A DNA stretch of 33,201 nucleotides from a virus. Its lineage: Duplodnaviria > Caudoviricetes. The stretch spans positions 1-33,201 of the IMG/VR virus record IMGVR_UViG_3300044681_000374. The stretch is one strand, 5' to 3'. This document shows positions 23,584-31,269 of the stretch, in pieces. The first letter of the stretch is position 1, and each line of letters starts with the position of its first letter. The notes below the pieces were generated by a model. That model saw only the letters and a program-made list of their open reading frames with translations. It was not told the origin of the DNA and searched no databases. Position numbers and translations under genes: made by a program.

Positions 23584-26500
23584 ATGCCACTGAAACTCAC
23601 CGGCCCCGCACAGCCCGTCGTCCGCGACCAGCCCCAGGCCAAGTACACCGACGAGAACCGCCCGATCGGCGCCAAGTCCATCCTGGGCGGCCGGCAGGTG
23701 GTGTGGGCTGGGCCGGATTGGCGGTGGCAGTCGCCCAAGTCACTCGAGAAGCTCAAGAGCAGCGGCAAGCTGAACCGCTCGATCTTCAGCGACCCGCTGG
23801 GGGTGATCGGCAACGAGCTGCGCTACATGAGCCGCCAGGCGCAGGCCACCAACCGGCGAGCGGAGCAGGGCCCACTGCGCAGCGTTGGCCAGGCAGTTAC
23901 CAGGGCGCTGCCTGGCGTGAATGTGGTGAACGCCCTGCCGACCGTGCTGGGGCAGACCGGCCGCAACCTGCAGGCGGGCCTCACCGTGGGCGCGGCCGAG
24001 AACGCCGCCAAGCTGGGCATTGCCCTCACGCAGAAGGTTCGCGGCCGATCCGCCAACCCAGAGAACGCCGGGGTCAACAGCCTGGTGGAGCGCATCAGCG
24101 ATGCCGGCTACCGGGTGCTGGGCGCCACCCCGCCAGGGCAGCAGAACCAGTTTGAGCGGGGCCTTGATGCGGTCGCCCGCGGCACTGGCGCTGGCATCGT
24201 CGGCACTGCCGTCGCGGCCAAGGCCATCCCCGCCATTGGGGCTGGCGCTGCTGGCGCCGTGGTGACAGGCGGTGTGCGGCTGGCGGCTGGCGAAGTGCTC
24301 AGCACCTTCTTCGATGACAACCGTGGCGGCAACCTGGCCAACCTGGGCGAAGCGTTTGGCCGGCCGCTGCCCCTGTCGGTGAATGTCGGCGAGGACGACT
24401 GGATTGACGCGGGCCTGAAATCGCTGATCCCCAACGCCATCCCCGGCCTGCTGCTGTCCGGGGCGGGCGAAGCGGCAGGGGGATTCAAGAACACCCGCCG
24501 GTGGCTGCGGGATCGGCGCACGGTCTCGCAGGTCACGGATGCCCGCACGCAGCTGGAGCAGGCCGGCATCACCCAGACCGATCCGGCCACGGGCGCAACG
24601 GCCTTCAAGCCGACCGAGCCCGACCCGACCGGCCAGCAGGCGCAGATCAACCAGTTCTTCGAGGACATCGGCGAAACCGACCGGCCGCAGACGGTGTTCG
24701 GCAGCCTGCGCGGCGAGCAGCCGGCGGCGCCAGCGCGGCCCCCGGCTGATGCGGCCGAGCCGGCACCAGTCCCTGACGCGACCCCGGCACCCAGGGCCGA
24801 TGCCGAACCGGCGGCGGCGCCGGCTGCTGGCGGTGAGCTGGAGGTGGAGGGCGTCGAGATCGACCCGTTCGAGCTGATCTACGACCCTGAACTGCCCGAG
24901 GCGGATGTGGTGTTCAACCTCGTCCGCGACCTGGACGACGCCGATCTGCAGGCGCTGCTGGCCCAGCCCGGCCCGGTGGTGCCGCGCATTGACGAGCTGC
25001 TGACGGCCAGGGAGTCCATGCCGGTGCGGCCCGAGCTGGAGCAGGGCCGAGTGATGGCACCGGACGAGAGCGTGGCCGAGCGGATCGGCGGCGATGGCCA
25101 GCCGCTGCCGTATGAGCAGACGCTGGAGGCGATGCCGCTGGAGACGCTGCGGGGTGTTGCTGCACCGGAGAACAACCCGGCGCTGGCCCAGCTGATCGGC
25201 GACATCACCGGCCGCGAGTTCGAGGAGTTCACCAAGGCCGACATCATCGAGGGCCTTGCCAAGTACCGGGAGCAGTCCGGCCAGTCCCTGCTGGTGCGCG
25301 ACTGGCAGCAGTCATTCCGCCCCACCGGCGAGATCCAGGCCGACCCGCAGCGCTTCCAGTTCAAGCAGGGCGTCAACGAGGTGGGCGAGCAGGCCGGCAA
25401 CAGCCTGGCCGGCGTTGACCGCTGGGACACGGTGGCCGAGGGCACGCTGGATGTGTGGACCGACCCGGCCAATGGCGCGACCTATGTGGTGAACGGCCAC
25501 AACCGCCTCGCCCGGGCTGCCCAGCTGGGTATCCCCACGGTGCCGGTGCGCGAGCTGCCGGCCGCCACGGCCGAGGAGGCCCGGGCGCTGGGGGCGCTGG
25601 CGAACATCAAGGAGGGTCGCGGCACGGTGTTCGATGCCGCCAAGTTCATGCGCGACAGCGGTATCACCGACCCGGAGCAACTGCAGCGGATGGGTGCGCC
25701 GATGAAGGACGGCCATGCCGCCCGCGGCCTGGCGCTGGCGCAGCTGCCGGACAACATCTTCCAGGCCGCCGTGGATGGCCGGCTGTCCGTTGGCAAGGCC
25801 GCAGCGATCGGCGGCAGCGGGCTGGACGAGGCGCAGATGCAGACAGTGATGAAGATTCTGGGCGATCGAGACATCACCGACTCTGCTTTCAACGAAGTGA
25901 TCCAGCAGGTGCGCAGCGCACCCGTGGTCAAGCAGGCGGACGGGTCACAGACGACCCTGCTGGAGCTGATGGGGATGAGCGAGGAGGCGCTTTCCCTGGC
26001 GGTGGAGAAGGGCAAGCTGGCGGCCAAGATCCGTGCCGAGCTGATCAGCGACAAGAACCTGTTTGGCAAGGTCGGCAAGAAGGCCGAGCGGCTGCAGCAG
26101 GCCGGCAACAAGATCAGCGTCGAAGGCAGCGCCATGGAGGCGACCGACGCCAGCGCTGTGCTCGGGATCTTCGATGCGGTGAAGTACGCCCCCGGGCCCG
26201 TCAGCAGCATCCTTGACGAAGGCGCCAAGCAAATCGCCGATGGCGCCAAGCCTGGCGTGGTGGCCAACCGGATCCGCGATCAGATCGTCGAGGCCGTGCG
26301 CCAGAGTGCCGAGGAGCAGGACCTGCCCACCGCACGCCCGGCCGGTGCCGCTACAGAGGCCGCCGAGGCCGCGCCCCAGGTGGTGGAGCTCACCCCCGAG
26401 CAGCGCCAGGCCGCACAGCTTGAGGTGATCCGCCGTGCTGTGGATGAAGCCGAGGTGCGGCCACCGGAGACGCCGATCCCCGAGCTGCCCGATGGCCCGG

Positions 26501-27711
26501 CGCTGACGCCTGATCTGGCCAGGGCCGATCTGGAGACCCGTGGCGGCCAGGTGGAGCCCGGCACCCCCGCTGCGCAGGCCATGGCGGATGAGATCCGGCT
26601 GGCGGCTGAGTTCGCCGAGCGCGATGCGCAGATGCGGGCCATCGCCGAGGAAGGCGCCAAGGACGCGATGGGCTACGAGCTCAAGACCTTCGAGGAGAAG
26701 AAGGCGCTGGGGATGACGGATGGCTACGACCCGGCCATCGACGAAAATGCCCCTCGCGGCTGGGACGCCGTTGACGGCAACGGGCGCCCCGTGAACAGCC
26801 CCGAAGAAATCGCCGAGCTCCAAAGGATGGCCGCAAACATCATCCGCAAGGTGGCGGGTGACGATGTAGCGATCCGCTTTACCGATGCCTACAAGGTTAA
26901 CATCAAGCCTGCGCAATGGGGTGGCGACGGCAAGCAGCTGTCGCGGTCATCCGGCTCCTACAGCTTTGCCGAGGATCTCGTCACCATTCACGGGATGCGA
27001 GAGCAAGGGATGACTGTTGTGACTGATGTCGCCTATCACGAGGCATTTCACCGCATCCAGTACGTAGCCCTTGGCGAGAAAGAGGTCAAAGTCTTGGACG
27101 GCATCTTCGCCCGGCTCAAGATCGGCGTGGGCTCTGGTCACATCATGCGGGATGGAGCTGTGCCATCGTATTCAGAGTCGCAGGCCGTCGCCTTTGCCCG
27201 TTATGCCACAGCAAAAGCTATGGGAGACGACCCCATCGAAGCGCTTGTGGGGGCGATGGGGCCGCCGCTGCCAAGTAAAACCGATAAGGCGGTTATCAAG
27301 ATCATCGCTGCTTTTGATCGTGTGCTGGACTTTGTTGAGAAAGTCTATAACTTGCTGGCGGAAGGGACGTTTGATTCCACCCGAGCAATCTTCGAGCGAG
27401 CACGAATTGGTGCTTTAAGTGAAGCAGAGGGGACGGCCGGAACTGTTCGGATGCTCGAAGTCAGGCCTGATGCCCTTGGATGGAGGCAGTCCACGGCCAC
27501 GGGAGAACCGATCAGGAGCCGAGCAACTGCCTCTGACCTGTCCCTGGCCCCACCCCCCGTCCGCCCCGAGCCCATGAAGCTGGCGGATGGCGACGAGCCC
27601 CCAGCCAGGCCCCGCAGCAAGAAGGCCGACCAGGCGGCCCGCCAACAGATCCAAGCCAACGAACAGCGGATGGCTGAGATCCGCCGCAAAGCTCAACAGG
27701 AGGGCTGCTGA
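23584..27711 (+). CDS. Large internal virion protein (1375 aa) with hydrophobic N-terminal helices, ParB-like domain and HExxH zincin-like domain
   Basis: GGAG RBS; YVVNGHNRLARAAQLGIPTVPV; LPDNIFQAAVDGRLSVGKA; AYHEAFHRIQ...ESQAVAF. Confidence 0.8.
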   Translation: MPLKLTGPAQPVVRDQPQAKYTDENRPIGAKSILGGRQVVWAGPDWRWQSPKSLEKLKSSGKLNRSIFSDPLGVIGNELRYMSRQAQATNRRAEQGPLRSVGQAVTRALPGVNVVNALPTVLGQTGRNLQAGLTVGAAENAAKLGIALTQKVRGRSANPENAGVNSLVERISDAGYRVLGATPPGQQNQFERGLDAVARGTGAGIVGTAVAAKAIPAIGAGAAGAVVTGGVRLAAGEVLSTFFDDNRGGNLANLGEAFGRPLPLSVNVGEDDWIDAGLKSLIPNAIPGLLLSGAGEAAGGFKNTRRWLRDRRTVSQVTDARTQLEQAGITQTDPATGATAFKPTEPDPTGQQAQINQFFEDIGETDRPQTVFGSLRGEQPAAPARPPADAAEPAPVPDATPAPRADAEPAAAPAAGGELEVEGVEIDPFELIYDPELPEADVVFNLVRDLDDADLQALLAQPGPVVPRIDELLTARESMPVRPELEQGRVMAPDESVAERIGGDGQPLPYEQTLEAMPLETLRGVAAPENNPALAQLIGDITGREFEEFTKADIIEGLAKYREQSGQSLLVRDWQQSFRPTGEIQADPQRFQFKQGVNEVGEQAGNSLAGVDRWDTVAEGTLDVWTDPANGATYVVNGHNRLARAAQLGIPTVPVRELPAATAEEARALGALANIKEGRGTVFDAAKFMRDSGITDPEQLQRMGAPMKDGHAARGLALAQLPDNIFQAAVDGRLSVGKAAAIGGSGLDEAQMQTVMKILGDRDITDSAFNEVIQQVRSAPVVKQADGSQTTLLELMGMSEEALSLAVEKGKLAAKIRAELISDKNLFGKVGKKAERLQQAGNKISVEGSAMEATDASAVLGIFDAVKYAPGPVSSILDEGAKQIADGAKPGVVANRIRDQIVEAVRQSAEEQDLPTARPAGAATEAAEAAPQVVELTPEQRQAAQLEVIRRAVDEAEVRPPETPIPELPDGPALTPDLARADLETRGGQVEPGTPAAQAMADEIRLAAEFAERDAQMRAIAEEGAKDAMGYELKTFEEKKALGMTDGYDPAIDENAPRGWDAVDGNGRPVNSPEEIAELQRMAANIIRKVAGDDVAIRFTDAYKVNIKPAQWGGDGKQLSRSSGSYSFAEDLVTIHGMREQGMTVVTDVAYHEAFHRIQYVALGEKEVKVLDGIFARLKIGVGSGHIMRDGAVPSYSESQAVAFARYATAKAMGDDPIEALVGAMGPPLPSKTDKAVIKIIAAFDRVLDFVEKVYNLLAEGTFDSTRAIFERARIGALSEAEGTAGTVRMLEVRPDALGWRQSTATGEPIRSRATASDLSLAPPPVRPEPMKLADGDEPPARPRSKKADQAARQQIQANEQRMAEIRRKAQQEGC

Positions 27712-27713
27712 CC

Positions 27714-30700
27714 ATGGCTGACCAAAAACGCGCAAGCTCAGGGATCGACCCATCGGCGGCGATTGGCGTCGGTGTTGCAGGGGCCGCGGCTGGCGCCGGC
27801 ATTGCGGCAGGGCTGTCGTCAGCCAAGGCCCGCGTTGCAGTCGGCAACTGCAACACCTACCAGGCCGAGCTGCTGAAGCTGCAGGAGCAGAACGCTCAGC
27901 TGCGGCAGGGGCTCGCCACCTCCGAGGCCGCACGCAAGGCCGGCGAGGCCTTCCTGCGTACCGAGGTCAAGAAACAGTGGGTGTTCAAGATGCAGGACGG
28001 CACCGTGCGTTCGCTCACTGATGCCGACATCGACCGCGGCTACAGCGATTTTGTCAACCGACTGGAATCGAAAGAGCTTGATCAGATGATCGAGCGGGGT
28101 GTCGGCAACCGCTCCAAGCCGGTCGGCAGCAAAGGGCGGTTCGTCAACTACCGGATGCTGATTGACAACGCCAACATCAGCGATGCCGAGGACTGGCTGC
28201 GGCTCACCGAGGCACTGGTCGGCACCTGGAAGCAGACGGACCCCGAGGACTTCCGCCTGGTGACGGAGGTGTGGGGCCGCGACCGGCTGCTGGAGACCGT
28301 TGCCGATGCCTACAAGGAGTACATCGACGCAGACGCCATCGCTGCCGCCCTTGCCAACAACACCGCAGGGTTTATGAACCTGGCCGAGAAGATGACCCGC
28401 CTGCGGTTCATCTCCGACATGGCCAAGGAGGGCTACCTGGAGACGCTGGATCAGATTTACCAGTTCATGGTCAGCACCAGCGCCAAGGTGCCAAGCGGCC
28501 TCAAGCAGCGGGGCTGGAGCTCCTACAAGACAGCGCTGATTGCCGAGCGGAGCGTGGCGACTGCCAAGCGCAACACCGGCCAGGCCCTGCGGTCGCTGCA
28601 GACCGACTTCGACCGGCCGGAAATGTTCATGCCCGACATGGCCGAGGCGGCACAGACCCTGGGTGCCAAGGCGGCAGACGTGAAGCCCGATGAGCACTTC
28701 GCCAAGGTGATCCAGGCGATCGACAACGGCGATGCCGAGGCGATCAAGCAGCTGCGGATCGCGGCGGTGCTCGACTCGATCGACCCCAACGTGACCCTGG
28801 GCAAGGGCTGGGCCAACACCCACATGCGCTTTGGCAATGCGCTGGTGAAAGACTCCCAGCTGACCAATTTCGGCAGCCAGGTGCGGGCCAACATGCTCGG
28901 CACCTGGCTGGCCAACACCCACGGGTTTGCTCACCAGGCGTTCGAGAACATCGGCAACCTCACCCCCAACGGCACACGGTTCAGCCGGGAAGCGTTCAGC
29001 GAGGGCCTGCGGGTGGCGTGGGAGAGCGCCAAATACTCCCACGACGGGGTGCGGCGTGCCTTCCGCGAGCTGGCGGCGGATTCGTTCTTCCGTGGCGATG
29101 CCCCCTTCGGCGGCAACCTCGACACCTACGGGCCACGGGCCACCAGCAACGACAAGCTGCTCGCCCAGGTGAAGGGTCTACTGGAGAAGCCGTACCTGCC
29201 CGGCGGCCCGCTGCGGCCGGAGAACTGGGCCAACACCGTCCACAAGCTGCACGCGGCGCAGCGGCTGCTGGCCTTCCACTGGACCGGCCGCCATGAACTG
29301 CTCGCCCCGGCACTGCGGGCGATGAGCGCCACCGACAGCGTGCTCGGCTACGACGCCTTCCTGTTCAAGCTCAAGAACGACCTGGAGATCAAGGCACGCC
29401 GCGACGGTGTGCAGCTGGACCTGTTTGATCAGCGCAGCCGCGAGGAGTGGGTGGAGAAGCAGCTGGACAACGCCTTCTACCAGCTCGCGCCCACCGAGGA
29501 GAACGTGCTGGCCTTCCGCCGGCAGCACAAGCTCAAGGGCAGCGACATCAGCGACGACGAAATCCGCTCGATCATCACGGCCGATCGCGCACGCAACACC
29601 TACGGCTACCCCACGCTCGACACACCCGAGGCCCAGGGCGCCATGGACTACAGCCTGCGCAACCGGATGCAGAGCGCCCCCGAGGGCGGGCTGCCTGGCG
29701 CCATTGACGAGGCGGTGATGGCCGCCCGCAAGCACTGGGCCATCGACTCGCTGGTGCCGTACTGGCGGGCGCCGTTCAACCAGTTCCTGTTCGACACCCG
29801 CCTCACCTTCGGCCCGCTGGCCGAGACGGTCGAGGTGATCTTCGGCAAGAACCCCACCCAGGAGCAGATCGCCAAGGTGCAGGCCGGCTGGGTCACTACG
29901 GGCGGCCTACTGGGCCTGTTCGCCGGCCTGGACATGGCGGGCCTGATCGAGGGCAACGGCCCGCTGCCGCCCGAGGCACGCCGCGCCTTCCTGCTGGAGG
30001 GCCGCAAGCCCAACAGCATCGCCGGCATCCCCTACCTGGGTGGCCTGCCGATCCTCAACACCCTCTTCCTGTGGAAGGACATCAAAGAGACCTTCCTGAG
30101 CGGCAACTACTCCAACTTCGACCAGTACAACGCCTTCTGGGGGATCGCCCAGGTGCTCACCAGCCAGCTGATCCGCCAGACCGGCTTCGGCCAGATGCAG
30201 CGGCTGATCGACGCCCTGCTCGACCCAGAGAACGAAATGCCGCGGCTGGTGGGCTGGCTGGGCCAAGGCCAGCTGCCATTCAGCGGCATCATGCGCGACG
30301 CGCAACGGGTGACCGGCTTCGGCGGTGCTGACCTCTACCAGGACCGCGACCCGCTCGGCGAGGAGCGCTACGGGCTGGGTGAGGAGGACTGGCAGACCAA
30401 GGCAGAGCGCAGCCTGCGCGGCCTGGCCTACGGCACCATCCCGCTGCTGGGGCTCCCCGGCGGCGCACCACGCAAGGAGCAGGACTTCCTGGGCCAGCCG
30501 ATCCAGCTGGAGTTTGGCGCCGACTGGAAGGAAGCACTCAAAAGCCGGTTCCACCCGCGCATGTGGCCCCGCGCCAACCAGCGGGTCTATGCCGAACTCG
30601 ATGCCCAGGGCCAGCTGCGGCTGCCGCTGCCGCTGCTCACCCGCCGGCTGGAGGGCGTGGCGATGTCTGCAGAGCTGCAGAAGGAGTACAACGACACCTT

Positions 30701-31220
30701 CGGCACCGTGAAGGGCAGCATCCCGCTGGAGGCCCGCGCAGAGCTCGCCGGCCGCAAGATCAACGTCACCTTCAGCTTCAAGAAGGAGATCCCGATCGAC
30801 CTGCGCAGCCAGTTCGCCGGCTCCGGTGTGGTGGTGACCAAGGCAGGCGATTCGGCCACCATCGACCTGGGCCCCTTCCTCTCCAAGCACGTCAACGGCA
30901 AGACGATCGTGGAGGCCTTCACCAGCCTGTTCAACGATCCGGTGTACCAGCGAATGCAGGACATGCCAGGCACTACCTCCGATCTGGAGGTGCGCGACAT
31001 GCCGCCATCGCAGCGCCGGCAGCAGGCCGCCTCGCGGATGATCCAGGGCATCTACGACTACTACCAGTGGATGACCATTGATCAGCTCGAGGACTCCAGC
31101 ACCCCGGCCGCGCAGGACTGGCGCCAGAAGCGCACCGCCATCGCTGAACAGCAGTTCACCCAGCAGACCGACCAACTGCAGGACCTGATGGAGGCCGTGG
31201 GGCAGCCGGCGGCCAGATAG
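27714..31220 (+). CDS. Large internal virion protein (1168 aa), gp16 C-terminal-like
   Basis: Last gene before the tail fibre; helical; segment LVPYWRAPFN...GLIEGNGP...GRKPNSI resembles gp16-like proteins of aquatic podophages. Confidence 0.75.
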   Translation: MADQKRASSGIDPSAAIGVGVAGAAAGAGIAAGLSSAKARVAVGNCNTYQAELLKLQEQNAQLRQGLATSEAARKAGEAFLRTEVKKQWVFKMQDGTVRSLTDADIDRGYSDFVNRLESKELDQMIERGVGNRSKPVGSKGRFVNYRMLIDNANISDAEDWLRLTEALVGTWKQTDPEDFRLVTEVWGRDRLLETVADAYKEYIDADAIAAALANNTAGFMNLAEKMTRLRFISDMAKEGYLETLDQIYQFMVSTSAKVPSGLKQRGWSSYKTALIAERSVATAKRNTGQALRSLQTDFDRPEMFMPDMAEAAQTLGAKAADVKPDEHFAKVIQAIDNGDAEAIKQLRIAAVLDSIDPNVTLGKGWANTHMRFGNALVKDSQLTNFGSQVRANMLGTWLANTHGFAHQAFENIGNLTPNGTRFSREAFSEGLRVAWESAKYSHDGVRRAFRELAADSFFRGDAPFGGNLDTYGPRATSNDKLLAQVKGLLEKPYLPGGPLRPENWANTVHKLHAAQRLLAFHWTGRHELLAPALRAMSATDSVLGYDAFLFKLKNDLEIKARRDGVQLDLFDQRSREEWVEKQLDNAFYQLAPTEENVLAFRRQHKLKGSDISDDEIRSIITADRARNTYGYPTLDTPEAQGAMDYSLRNRMQSAPEGGLPGAIDEAVMAARKHWAIDSLVPYWRAPFNQFLFDTRLTFGPLAETVEVIFGKNPTQEQIAKVQAGWVTTGGLLGLFAGLDMAGLIEGNGPLPPEARRAFLLEGRKPNSIAGIPYLGGLPILNTLFLWKDIKETFLSGNYSNFDQYNAFWGIAQVLTSQLIRQTGFGQMQRLIDALLDPENEMPRLVGWLGQGQLPFSGIMRDAQRVTGFGGADLYQDRDPLGEERYGLGEEDWQTKAERSLRGLAYGTIPLLGLPGGAPRKEQDFLGQPIQLEFGADWKEALKSRFHPRMWPRANQRVYAELDAQGQLRLPLPLLTRRLEGVAMSAELQKEYNDTFGTVKGSIPLEARAELAGRKINVTFSFKKEIPIDLRSQFAGSGVVVTKAGDSATIDLGPFLSKHVNGKTIVEAFTSLFNDPVYQRMQDMPGTTSDLEVRDMPPSQRRQQAASRMIQGIYDYYQWMTIDQLEDSSTPAAQDWRQKRTAIAEQQFTQQTDQLQDLMEAVGQPAAR

Positions 31221-31249
31221 CCCGCCCCGCCAGGGCGCGGCAAGATTGG

Positions 31250-31265
31250 TCTGCAGCCGTGCAGA
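31250..31265. promoter_or_regulatory. Palindromic box TCTGCA-GCCG-TGCAGA (copy 6, 4 nt before the tail fibre start)
   Basis: Perfect palindrome preceded by CAAGATTGG. Confidence 0.68.
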
Positions 31266-31269
31266 ACTT

